Below the pieces are notes generated by a model. That model saw nothing but the letters and a program-made list of their open reading frames with translations, had not been told where the DNA came from and searched no databases. Shown here one piece after another: positions 10,187 to 22,592 of a stretch of 64,000 nucleotides of DNA (positions within the stretch are counted from its first letter, which is position 1; each line of letters begins with the position of its first letter). The translations under genes were made by a program, and so were the position numbers. This DNA comes from Vitrella brassicaformis CCMP3155 (taxonomy: Eukaryota > Protista > Chromerida): the NCBI GenBank assembly GCA_001179505.1, contig CDMY01000347.1:124001-188000 (forward strand), written 5' to 3'.

Positions 10187-13100
10187 ATTTCCTTTTCCTC
10201 TTGTGTCTGCTGGCGGGTTGGTCCTCGAGTTCTCTCTTCTTCTTGTCCTCCTTGGCGGCCTCCGCCTCGAGCTCGTCCCAGTCCTTGCCCTCCTCCTCGT
10301 CGCTGTCCAGGTCCTGGAAGTCGCTCTCGTCGCTCTCCTCAGCCAACGACTCGTCGTCGTCACTGCTGCAAAGTCACAGACACACACACAGACACACACA
10401 CACACACACACACAGAGGGCGCGGTGTGTGTTGGTTGTGTGTTGGGTGGTTGTGTTTGTGTTGGGTGAGGTGCGTACCTTTCGTCTTCTTCCTCAGCGCT
10501 TTCGTCCTCTTCGTCTTTGTACTCGTCCTCCTCCTCGTCGTCATCGTCCTCCTCACTCTCGTCCTCCTCACCCAGGAAGTAGTCGAACCCGCCCTGCTCA
10601 ACGAACCCCTCAACATCGTCCTGGCACACACACACACGCACACAGACACACAGACACACACACATGGACGGGCCGGGTGTGTGTTGGGGGTGTGTGGTCT
10701 GTCTCACCTTGATGGTCTTGAGGATGTTGGGCCAGTTGAGGTTCTGCTTGCCCTCATACCACACGATGTCCAACTCATTCTGACCACACACACAACACAG
10801 CACACACACAGAGACAGACAGAGAGAGAGAGAGAGAGACGGCAGACATGCACTGCACGTGTGTCGATGACGTCAATGTGTGTTGCCTCCCTCTGTGTCGT
10901 GTGTGTCTGTGGACATCGCTCAGCTCACCAGCCACTTTTTGAGTGTGTCGAGGTTCTCAGTAGGGATGGAGTCGATCTTCTTGGGCGCCTTGGCGTAGTC
11001 CTCGAAGACGAAGACCATGTCGAAGTTCTTGAGGCCGTGCATGACGCGCTCGAACGACACGATCTCGATGTCCTCGAGTGTGAGGACGAATGGCGGCCAC
11101 TCGGTGAGGTGGACGAGGCAGTTGACGGTGGGCAGGATGGTCACGTTGCTCTTGTTGGGCACTCCCGTGAAGGCCAGCTCGCGGTAGGGCATGTCGAACT
11201 CTTTCTCGGTGAGGCTCTCGACGTCCTTGGCGAACCGCTGGAACTTGTCGTTGAGGTCCTTCTTCTGCCGCTGCTCACGCTCCTCCTCGGCGATCTCATC
11301 GGGGTCGTACCCCGACCGCCCCCCGCGCCTCATGTCGAGATCGTCGGCCTGCGACCCCACCTCGCGGAAGAACTGGACGTCGAAGGTCTTCTTCTTGCCG
11401 ACCATGATGGGGTTGTGCAGGTGGAAGTGGATGAGCACGATGAGGTCCTTGACGCACGGCTGCAGGATCATGTGCTTGATGTTGGCGTAGATGATGTCGA
11501 CGTTCTCGCTCGCACGGGCGGCCGAGAAGCGCAGCCCGTTGAGATGGGCCTCGAGGTTGCCGATGACCTTGCGCGACCCCGACACGTTGGGGCGCACCAT
11601 GAGCTCCTTGAGGATGGGGCGGCTCTTGCCAGAGCGGTTGATCTGGAGGGTGGCCTGCTCGACGAGGTCGCGCTTCTGGTCCTCGAGGGTCTGCTTGGCC
11701 TTGACTTTCTTGATGAGCTCCTTCATGCGCCTGAAGGTCTCGTTCATGGCGCGCTCGTCCTCGGTGCGGTAGACCAGCTCCTTGATGAAGAGCGAGTTGC
11801 TGTCAGACAGGTCGGGGAGCGGGTTCTCGTCGGCCTTGAACGTCTGACCCATACTGCCTGGCACCTGAGGAATGGATGGATGGACGAGTCGATGGATGCA
11901 GCACACACACAACACACAGCACAGCACACAGAGAGAGCTGTGGATTGGCCGCCTGNNNNNNNNNNNNNNNNNNNNNNNNNNNNNNNNNNNNNNNNNNNNN
12001 NNNNNNNNNNNNNNNNNNNNNNNNNNNNNNNNNNNNNNNNNNNNNNNNNNNNNNNNNNNNNNNNNNNNNNNNNNNNNNNNNNNNNNNNNNNNNNNNNNNN
12101 NNNNNNNNNNNNNNNNNNNNNNNNNNNNNNNNNNNNNNNNNNNNNNNNNNNNNNNNNNNNNNNNNNNNNNNNNNNNNNNNNNNNNNNNNNNNNNNNNNNN
12201 NNNNNNNNNNNNNNNNNNNNNNNNNNNNNNNNNNNNNNNNNNNNNNNNNNNNNNNGGGGGTTGGGGGGAGTGATGGTTGGGTGTGTCCCTGGCTGACCTG
12301 GAAGTTGATCCTGAGTGAGTGTTTCTTGCCCTCCTCGGCCACACATGAGACGTTCTTGATGGTGGACACGTGGAAGGGGACGTGTGTGCCGCCCAGGGGC
12401 ACCAGCACGGCCTCCCTGTCGCCGTCGAGGAGGATCTTGTTGGGCCGCCTCTCCACCTCTCGCGGCAGCGACCCGGCGTCCTGGTAGGTGGTGATGGACG
12501 ACATCTTCCTCACCGACACCTTCTTGGCCCCCGCCCCCTCCCCCTCACCATTCTGGAACCGGTCACGGATGGCCTGCAGCTTCTTGAAACGCAGCTCCTG
12601 CTGCTTGCGCTCGATCTCCTTGGACTCCTCCTCGTTGAGCTCACCCTTGCGGGTGCGCAGCCGCTGGCTCATGACCACCGTGTCGGCGTTTTTGAGGACA
12701 CTGGCCGACACGGCCGGGCCGTCCCCCCCTGTGGCCCCCTTCTTGTCCTTCTTCTTGTTGCCCTTCTTGCCGTCCGACGGCCGGGCGGCCCGCCTCTCGT
12801 CCTCCTCGTCCTCGGCCTCCTCCTCCTCCAGCTCGTACGAGTTAGCCTGCAGGGACCGCTTCTGCGATGCCGTCAGGACAACGGGCTCCAGCTTGCTCGC
12901 CTCCGCCATGACCTCCTCGTCCTGCACCAGGCACCGCACCAGGAGGTCGTCGTGGCCAGCCCCACCACCGCCAGCAGCACCCCCGCCACCGTCGCCGTTG
13001 ACCATGTCGGTGTCGCTGGGCTGGGGCTTGTCTGGTAGGGGCACCACGAGTGTGTCGGTGATCCAGATGGCGTACATGTCGCCCTTGCCCCGCTTGGGCT

Positions 13101-14292
13101 TCATGTCGCTGAGGCCCACTTGCACCGAGAAGGCCATCCCCGGCAGCACCGTCTTGTCCGACTTGCCGTTGAGGGTGAAGGCCGAGTCGCGGAACTCGAT
13201 GCCCAGACACGAACCCACCGACTTGACGAAGTGGGTCTCGAGGGCGGGGCTCTTGTTGACGACCACTTGGCGGGCGGCCTCGTAGACGTCGCGGAACTTG
13301 GCCCCCGGGCGGAGTGCCTTGACGAGGGCGTCGAAGGCCTGGGTGAGGACGGTGTACATGTCCTTCTGCTCGGCGGTTGGGTTGACGATGAGGGTGCGGA
13401 TGATGGCCGAGTTGTACTCCTTGTACTTGGCCCCGCACCCCACAATCAGGCAGCCGCCCGTCAGACAGAGGTTGTCCTTGGTGGGCTCGGACGACGCCTT
13501 GAGCTCGTACTTGCCGCCCGACTGGACGGTGGTGAAGGCGACGTCGATGTCGTCCTTGTCGATGGCGAACTTCTCCTTCCACCTCTTGGTGATCTTGTCG
13601 CTCTCGATGGAGTTGTCAGCCTTGGCGGCGATGTCCTTGTGCGTCTTCTTGACCTCCTTGTCCAGCGTGTCCTCGATCATGTCGACGAGGACGTCCTTGT
13701 AGATGGAGCACGACACCTGAGAGGCCTTCTTGATCGACTCCCGCTCGCACTCCTCCTTGACGCACATGACCAACGACAGACCCTCGTTGATGGGCGTCTG
13801 CGGCACGCCGCTCTGCTCCAGCTGCTGCTGCCAATCGCTGGCGAACGACCCCTCGTGCGTCTCCTTGGTGATGACGCCCACACGCCGCTCCTCCATCGAC
13901 ACGCCGTTCTCGTCATCGCCCTTGAGGGCGTCGACGATGGTCTTGAAGTTGGCAGGGTTGTCCTCTGGCGAGCTGGTCAGCAGGTGCACGCCGTCGAGTG
14001 TGGTCTTGATCTGGTTGAGGTGGGCCAGCTTCTTGGCTTTGGTGAGGAAGTAGACGTCCCTCTTGCGCGTGAGGACCATCAGAGTGTCGGGGAAGTCGTA
14101 GCCCAGCAGCCACAGGTGCACTGCCGACGTCTTGCCCTCGCTCGCCTCGTCGCTGCTCTTGCCAGATATCACCGAGATGGCCTCCACTCCATGGAACGAG
14201 CTGCCCGGCTTGTCGAACATGTGATCCCACACGGCAAACAGCCTCTCCAGCCGCCGCTTGCACGACTCCGCATCGATGGCGATGGCCGCCAT
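10187..14292 (-). CDS. SPT16: FACT complex subunit SPT16
   Basis: Exons are approximately 14292-12298, 11864-10929, 10779-10707, 10620-10478 and 10365-10187. Motifs include HLWLLGYDFPDTLMV, VQSGGKYELK, VPFHVSTIKNVS, GNLEAHLNGLRF, VLIHFHLHNPIMVGKKKTFDVQF, FDMPYRELAFTGVP, FERVMHGLKNFDMVFVF, LNWPNIL and the acidic C-terminal GKDWDELE. Confidence 0.98.
11956..12255. other. Assembly gap (300 N) inside SPT16 intron 1
   Basis: Run of N characters between two SPT16 exons. Confidence 1.
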
Positions 14293-14494
14293 CCTCCCAC
14301 ACAACCACGAGACACAAACAGCTCCAACGACAGATGAACAGATGAGCGCTGCGGGTTAGATGCACACTACCAAACGAACCATCGACTCCTTCCCTCCTTC
14401 CCCCATTTTTTGCGAGCTTTTTTGCGATCTTGACGCAGATCTCGCCTGAATCGCGCGGCTTTGTTTGTGAGTGGAATGAGGCGTGGTTTATAAG

Positions 14495-16966
14495 ATGGAG
14501 TGTCGGCCTTTCATCATTTTCATCCCTATTTCCCTCATGTGCATCAGTCACGGCCTTTCGTCGCGGGACTCCCACGCAAGAGGCCGGCATGCCCTGCCCA
14601 AGGCCGCCTACTCGTCTGCGTGGAAGTCGCTCTTTCGCCGCATGGTCAGGAAGGGGGCCCTCATGTCGACGCGCTACCCCTCGTCCTCGAGCAAGCGCCG
14701 TCCAGCACCGCAGACGCACTCAGCACCGCAAGACGGGCGGGCAACAGTCACTGATGACGGCGCAGTCCCCTCCACATCTCATCAGCGGAGCTGGTATGAG
14801 TTTTTTGAGGGCACCTACCGCAACTCGACAACTGCCAGCGCACCGTTCTTCTATGGCTGGTGCTTCCGCATGGTGGACATCACTCGCAACCGCACGGCCA
14901 CCGTCATTATCGGATCGTTCATCGCCAACCAGCGGCCAAAAGAGGGCGAGGCACGGCCGTCGTTCGCCAGCCACTATGTGTTTGCGGGTTTCTCTGACAC
15001 GGACGGCACCTTCCACACCGAGCATGCCTTCCCCTGCCCCATGGCACCGTCGGCAGTGCGGCTATCACTCGACGGACAAGACTTCCTCTCACCACAGATG
15101 CGCGGCTGCCCCTCGCTGAGGACGTTCAAACGGGTCGAGTGGCGCGCACCAGACGTCGGGCATTTCGTCATCGATCGCACCAAGGGCCAGGCGCAGCTGG
15201 ACATCCTCACCGACGGCCTGCACGTCCGCCTCAACGCGTCACGACCGCTCGGATGGACCGACCGGCTGCTGGCAGTGACCAACCGCACCAAAGTGTGGCC
15301 GGCCGACTTCGCCAATTCGGCGCCTGTATCTCTGTGCAATGCGGGCAGCACGCCTGAGGGGTGGCTGGCGCACACGCCGCTGCTGCCGCTGCACTATGAC
15401 GTGGTCATGCTGGGCTCCGAGACCGACTATGAGATTTGTCTAAAGCGCGGCAAGGGGGTGGCCCCGCCGGCATTTCGGCCAACTGCCGCCCCGCCCCTCC
15501 CCTCTCTGCCCGACTCTATGCCGCGGCCTGCTGCTCCTCCTACCGCAGTCCAGCCGCAGGCGGCAGAGACCCCGGGCAAAGACGAGACCAAGGGCAAAGC
15601 CACACGTCAAGGGAACACGACAAGGGAAGCTAAGGCGGGCCGTGTTCGTGATGCGGTTGCTGGTATCGGGAAGCTCTCAAGACGGCTGCCAGCCCGTGCA
15701 GAGGTGTCGGTGAGGCCGACAGCTGTCGATGACGGGAAGGAGGAGAATAACGATTCGGGTGCGTACCCGGGCCGCCGGATGGAGATGGACTGGACCGTCA
15801 GGTGGTCGGTGCCGCTGCCGGGGGGCGGCAACAGGAAGAAGCGGCACAAAGACCAAGCAGACGACCCGACGGCTGCAGAAAGCGATGAAGGGCAATCGGG
15901 GAACAGAAGGAAACGGCTGCGTTTTCTGCGTCACCTGATGCCATTCAGGAGGCGGGATGCTGCTGAGGCGTCCACCGCCAGCGGCCGCCGGGGCTCTTTT
16001 CGTGACCGGAGGCGGCGGTTTATGCGTCTGGGCAAGGGGAGAAGACGGCGTGACGCTGCGCCCCGTGACGAGACCCCGCCTTTCTTCATGAGTGATGGTT
16101 TGGGTCTGACTCTGCAGCAGGACTGGCACCCGCCCAGCCCACACAAACGATACATATTAGGTACGGTACACACACATCCATCCATTCATCCATCAGAGGG
16201 AGGGAGGGAGCTCCCTTATTCCATCACAGCTCAGCTTGTCTGTCGTGTTGTCATGTCAGGCCGTGGGTCGACTCATTTGGAGGCGAATTGGGGCGACATG
16301 TTTCCCTCCGGCTGGACCTGGGCGCAGGGATGCGCACGCACCGCCCTCCCCCCCTCCCCCTCCCCCCAACCACTTGTCCACTCGAGCAGCAGCAGCGACG
16401 TGCAGCTGCTGCTGACGGGCGGCATCTTCCGCATCGGCCCCATCTCGCCCCTCTCATGGGTGGTCGCCTACAGGTCCCCCTTCGTCCAGTGGGACTTCCG
16501 CACAACCGACCTCCACAGAGTCGAGTACGCCATATCCTCAGCCCAGCGGCGGGTGCGCCTCGTGTGCGAGTCACGGCCCGACCGGCATGGCTACTACCGG
16601 CGGCTGATGATTGCTCTAGAGGCGCCGCTGTGGTCCTTCACCGACCCGCCCATCTCGATCCCCACACCAGAGGGCTTCAGCGACAGGCCGGGGTGTGTGG
16701 AGTCCCATGTTGCACGGGCGGACGTCAAGGCCTTCCTTGTCAACCAGGAGGACGGCAGGTGAGCAGAGCAGTGCAGAAGACCACACATGGACGACCATCG
16801 ATCGTCCATGTGCATCGTTGTTACATATCGTGTGTGCAGGTCGGGTTTGATAGAGCAGCGGACGGTCCCTCTGTGTGCGTTGGAGTTTGGCGGCATGTTC
16901 CAGGGGCTTGAGCGGACCTCTAAGGGCTTCGATGCCCTCTGGAAAGACACCACTAATGAGCACTAG
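14495..16966 (+). CDS. Tocopherol-cyclase-like protein with putative bipartite N-terminal leader and long internal insertion
   Basis: Motifs FFEGTY...FFYGWCFR (cf. VTE1 FFEGWYFR), HLEANWGDMFPSGWTWAQG (cf. YSEKNWGGSFPRKWFWVQC) and C-terminal ALEFGG. Introns are 16161-16259 (99 nt, in frame) and 16759-16839, with the stop TAG at 16964-16966. The N-terminus MECRPFIIFIPISLMCISHG is hydrophobic and followed by a Ser/Arg-rich stretch. Confidence 0.72.
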
Positions 16967-17647
16967 CGGGGGGCAGGGAGTCAATTGAAGTATGCGATGG
17001 GACGGGCCATGCGGTCTTTCCTTTTGTCGTGAGGAGGGAGGGAGGGGAGGCTGGTTTATTGTCTCTTCTGAGTGAGTGAGCCGTTGAGATTTATCTGTCC
17101 ATCAAGGGATGGGTGCTCTGTGTCGGCAACGTCTGGTGTTTCGTTCAAAACCGTCACCACACACGACGGACATGAGGGCAGTCAGGAATGACTGATTGCC
17201 TCATGTCCGTCGTGTGCGAAGACGCATTTGAACGAAACACCAGAGGTACATGACAGACAGAATGCATCATTGCATGTCAGAGATGAGGACAAGAAGGGAA
17301 AAAGACAGACACTCAGACATTTGGACATTTCCTCACGACAGACACGTACAGCATAAGTAAATCGACAACCATACGCCCGGCGTAGGTAGGTATCATGAAG
17401 AAAATGCGATTGTAAAACCACATACCATCAAGTCACATCGTCCGTTGCACGCACATATGACATACATATGCAGTCCCATCCAAAATCGGTGGTCGACTGC
17501 CCATCTCTCCCTCTCTCTCCCGTTGGCGGAAAGAGACACACACAGACACAGACACAGACACAGACACACACACATCACATGCATATCAACATCACATCCC
17601 ACACACCACACGCAGAGTACCGATACACGCCATCGTCCGTGTCTAAT

Positions 17648-19980
17648 CTACTTGCCGTTGTGCAGCGGCTGCTTGTAGACGTCTTTGGTCGCGTTGTAAG
17701 CCGTCTTCTGCGGCAGATTCCAAAGCTCGATGAAACCAGGGGAGGCGTTCTGACACACACACCCCCACACCCACACACAGAGATGTATCGATTGCAATCC
17801 ACACAGACACACCCAAGCCATGAAGGATCTGTCTGTCTGTGTGGCGCTGCCCACCTGGTTGAATGAGGCGTCCTTGTTGAAGGTGGCCAGGTTGGCGTCG
17901 AACAGCGAGTTGGCAGACTCGAGAGCAACCACAGTGATGGTGCCACGGTGCAGCTGCACCTTCACCTGACCGTCCACACACACACACCACACACACCACA
18001 CACACCACATCTCAGGCGACAAAGGAGTGTTCGCCATTTCACGTCACGTGCTGACCTTTCCGGTGACTTTGAGGTTTTGTGAGTCGATGTAGGCCCTGAG
18101 GTGCACCATGGTGGGCTCGAACCACTTGGCGCCGTACGTGAGGTACGCCCACTTCTGGTCAACCAGCGACTTGAACTCGTTCTCCTCGCGAGTCGACACC
18201 TACATAACATGATGTATGTCAACACACACAAAAGAGCCCACAAGACCATTATTTCTGTGGGTGAGCTTGCCCGCTGTGTCACATTACCAGCATCTCGAGC
18301 TTTTTGTGGGCGGCTGGATTGGATAAATGAGAGAGAAGGACAAGTTAAGTTGGTCTTTAAAGGGGTGGTGCTGGTGGTCTTGCTATGTGTGTGTAGGTTA
18401 GTCAGGTTGCCCTACTTACCGATGAGAATGGCTGCAGCGGGGTTCTCGTAGATGCCGCGCACCTTCAGACCTGCACGCAGCAGACGCACGGACTCACAGT
18501 CATCCTTGCTTGCTGCCGTTGCTTCCTTTCAGGCTGCTAACCGACGATTCGGTCTTCAATGAGGTGAAAGAAGCCCACACCATACTCGCCGCCGATCTTG
18601 TTCAGCTGCACACACTCAGGCACACACACACATGTGGGCTGGGCGTCTGGCCCTTTCCTCTCTGTCTTCCTACCTTCATGATGAGGTCGCACAGCCTCAT
18701 CTTGCCGCCGTCCAAAGCCGTCGGCACTCCCTGACACACACACACACACACACACACAGTGTGGTGGATGACAGGCGCCATGTGTATGTGACTGTGGTCA
18801 CCTCACCCTGTCGAAGTCGATCTCGAGTATCCTTGGCTGTGCTGGTGCCTGGTCGGGCAGCTTGCACCACAGCAAGATGCGGTCCAGTGGAGGGATCAGA
18901 CACGGATCCTCGATCTCACCTATACACACACACGCACACACACACACACACAGATGATGCACATCACGTGTGTGTGTGTCATGTGTGTGTGTGTGTCCCT
19001 ACCTCCTTCAGCAGTGTTGGACCACATGTTCTCATCGTATGAGTATGGCGAGTCCTTCTTCTGCTTGACGGGGATGCCGTGCTCCGCCGCATACGCCAAC
19101 TCCTCGTCACGACCCATACCTGCACACATCATATCCACCCATGTGTGTGAGGTGAGAAGCACACCCACAGGTCGGTCGCCGTATGTGTGTATCTGTGGCT
19201 GCTGACCCCATTCCCTGACGGGTGCAATGGTCTTGAGCTTTGGATTCAGAGTGGTCACGTAGCCCTCAAACCGAACCTGGTCGTTGCCCTTGCCCGTGCA
19301 ACCATGAGCTATCACCTGAACACACACACACACACACGTCAGACAGGAGGGAACACACTCACCCAGCCCCACTACTGACCTGGCACTGATACTTGTCAGC
19401 CATTCGCACGGCGATCTCCGAGATGATGACACGGCCGAGTGGGCAGCCGAGGGCATAGCCGCCCTGGTAGTCGGCGTTGGCCTTGACGGCCTCGGACAGC
19501 AGCCTGTCGGCGAACTCCTCCTTGGCATCATACACCACCGCATCCACCGCCCCCAAAGTGAGGGCCTTCTGGCGGATCTCATCCAGGTTGTCCGCCACCT
19601 GCACACACACAGATGGATGGATGGATGTGTGTGGTTGCTCGACGTGTGTGAGCTGGTGTGGTGTCCGCGCCTGTCCAATGTCGATGGTGAGCGCGACGAC
19701 TTGGCATTCGTATTGCTCCTGGATCCATTTGAGCATCACTGACGTGTCCAAACCACCTGAACACACCACACACACACTCGCGAGAGCCATCAGTGCACTG
19801 CACAGCCATGATGATACACAGATATCTCCCATCCCCAGCGCAGATCTGCCAGCCAGCAGCACGGCGCCCTGTGCACACCGTCGCCCTCCATCACCCACCT
19901 GAGTAGAGCAGCAGGCATCTGGAGAACTCGCCCTTCTTGGCCTCGTGAGAGCCGATCTTGAAATACGCCTCCGCATCCAT
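17648..19980 (-). CDS. argG: Argininosuccinate synthase, multi-exon
   Basis: [27 protein letters not shown]|[55 protein letters not shown] and C-terminal [10 protein letters not shown]. These are diagnostic ASS motifs ([20 protein letters not shown]). Confidence 0.97.
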
Positions 19981-20202
19981 GACTGATCCGTTGAACCAAC
20001 CGCAATGCACCTCGTCTGAGATCTCCTGCCTTTTTTTAAGCTGCGACTGCGAGCTTAGATTTCAGGGGTTCCGACAGCGGTTTCACGGAACAGCGGTCGA
20101 CGCTCCGAGAACTCGAGAACGCGATGGCTTTCGGGATGGCCTTTTCTCCGTTCTCGATCTCGGCCGAGATGCAGGAAGGCGTGACGTCCATTTCGGCCTG
20201 TG

Positions 20203-22097
20203 ATGATAGCCGTCTCAGCGCTGCTCAAGATCCGACAGATCCAGAGGGACAGCCAAGCACAAAGGCAGCGTTCGCATCTCCAGCAGATGGAAGGCCGAGT
20301 GGTGATGACTACTCCCGTCACGAATACCATTGGCCTCAGGAACAAGGAGGAGAGTGGAGCCTATGGGGTACCAGTAGTTGACCTTCGTCAGCAGAAGGAG
20401 GCCATTGTGGCGGAGATCCGACACGCCTGTCAGGTGCGCAGAGAGAGGGATGCATGGAGCGAGTGCGTCTGCAATGTGTGCTCACGTGGTTCTGTGGTGG
20501 TGTCTGCCAGGTGTGGGGCTTCTTTACCGTCACGGGCCATGGCATCGACAAGGACACGGTGAGGGAGGAAACGGCCCGCAGCCGTCAACCCTGTAGACGA
20601 GACGTGCGCCTCATGGCTGTCTCTGTGTGTGTGTGTTGGCTTGTTGAATTAGTTCGCCAAGGTCTTGGAGGCGGCCGATGGCGTGCTCAGTCTGCCGCTG
20701 CAAGACAAGATGAAGCTCAAGGCCAAGGAGAAAGGAGTCGTCAGAGGGTGAGCACGACAGCCAGCCAGCCAGCCACCCAGTCAGGCGCATAGCATACGCA
20801 GTCGCCGCCGTGTCTGTGCATGGCTATGGCCGGGTGCGGTCCGGTGCAGGTACATGGTGTACCACGGGCAGCTGCTGGACGAGACGACACAGACAGAACC
20901 GGACAGAAAGGAAGGTCAGACGAGACAGACGACACACGTAGCTAGCCCTGACTGACACGCTGATACGACAACGCACCTGCCCTGTGTGATTATCTGTCTG
21001 TCTGGGCGTCTTGGTGTCTGTCTTTCTTTGGTGTAGGTTTCGATTTCGGTGAGCAGTTTCCCGCCGATGGCAGCCTGGGTGCGGCCGATCTGCCGGATAA
21101 GTATGAGCTCTTCTATGCCGACAACATATGGCCAGACGAGAACCAGCTGCCCGGATTCAAACAGGTGACGAAGGAAGGAGTGATGGATGCACTTGCGCAT
21201 TAATTACTGTGTGCTGTGTGAGTCGACTGATTGAATCGGTGCTCTGTATGAATCCTTAATTCTGAAATGCAGGCGGTGTTGACATATCAGCAGCAGGTCC
21301 GTGCTCTCGGGAAGCGGCTGACAGGTTATGTGTCGCTGGCTATGGGCCTGCCCGAATCCTTCATGGCCGACCACGCCAAACACTCCCCAAGCGTATGCTA
21401 TGCGCCAAGCAGACACAACACACACCGCCCACTCATGGAAACCACAGCTGCATTGCATGTTCTGTGGTGGCTTCAGTTGCTGCGTCTGCTCAAGTACGCG
21501 GCGATCAAGTCACTGCCAGAGGAGGGCCGCGTGGGATGCGGCGCACACACTGGTACATCCACACCCATACAGACAGCCACACAAGAGAGCGACCGACAAA
21601 CAGGTATGTGTGTGCTGTGTGTGGGTGTGTCTTGATCGCAGATTGGGGTCTGCTGACTTTGCTCAAAACAGACGGCAGTGGCGGGCTGGAGATCAAGCCA
21701 AGATGGAGCGACAGCTGGGTGGAGGTGGCCGAGCCGACGGACGACTGCATCATTGTCAATCTGGGCGACATGCTGCAGCGATGGAGCAATGACGTCTTCG
21801 TCTCGACACCGCACAGGGTCATCATCAAGCAGGACAGAGTGCGCTACTCGATCCCCTTCTTCATCAACGCCGACCCCATGGCCACCGTAACCAACACACA
21901 CACACACGTGCCTCTGATGGCATACACCACGCCCGCAGACACACGCTCCCATGTCTCTGTGCCGTCAGGTTGAGTGTGTGCCGACCTTCCATTCAGCCGA
22001 GCGGCCCCCTCGGTACCCTCCTGTGCATGTTGGCGAATACCTCATCAACAAGACACTCACCCATGCGCGAAACGGGGCGCATGAAGGCGATGATTGA
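20203..22097 (+). CDS. 2-oxoglutarate/Fe(II) oxygenase, isopenicillin-N-synthase-like (DIOX_N + 2OG-FeII_Oxy)
   Basis: PVVDL...IRHACQ|VWGFFTVTGHGID, LLRLLKY, GCGAHT|DWGLLTLL (HxD), IIVNLGDMLQRWSND, STPHRV (distal His) and RYSIPFF (RxS). The start is either 20203 or 20287. Confidence 0.93.
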
Positions 22098-22592
22098 TAG
22101 ATGCAGTACGACTGAACAAGACTGACCAAGGAGGGAATGCCGTCCACAGGACAGGCATCATGGTTCAGTGTTGCGGGCGGCAGTGTGTATGCTGCCTGCG
22201 TGTCTGCCTGTCTTTGTGTGTGTAAGTGGGTGGCTGGGCGGTCACTGTGATGTGTGCTGCTGGTTTGTTTGGGGGATAGCTGCATGTCCTTGGCTTGTTC
22301 GATAGCTGCAGGAGCAGCGAGCGGGTCGGTCCCTTGTTTGTTCTGGCAATGCTTGCAGTGACAGCCTGACTGACTGACTGGTCCGCCACACACAGGACTG
22401 TTTTGCTTAATGGGATGAATTCACATGAACGAACGGGTGAATGCTCTCGTGTATACAGTCGATGAGGTCATAGTCATCCAAACACCTTCACCCTAACAAA
22501 CTATGGGGGCGCCATGAATTCGATCTTGGCCGCGTGTGGATCGGCCGTCCCTCTCCCAAGCGTCCTTTCTGCTTCTTCTCGGGCAGTGTAGT

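Noticed and set aside
10860-14337. Long plus-strand ORFs (10860-12296, 12370-13038, 12488-13285, 13120-14337) and poly-X ORFs
   Set aside because: These are antisense shadows of the GC3-biased SPT16 exons or run through the N gap, with no independent protein motifs.
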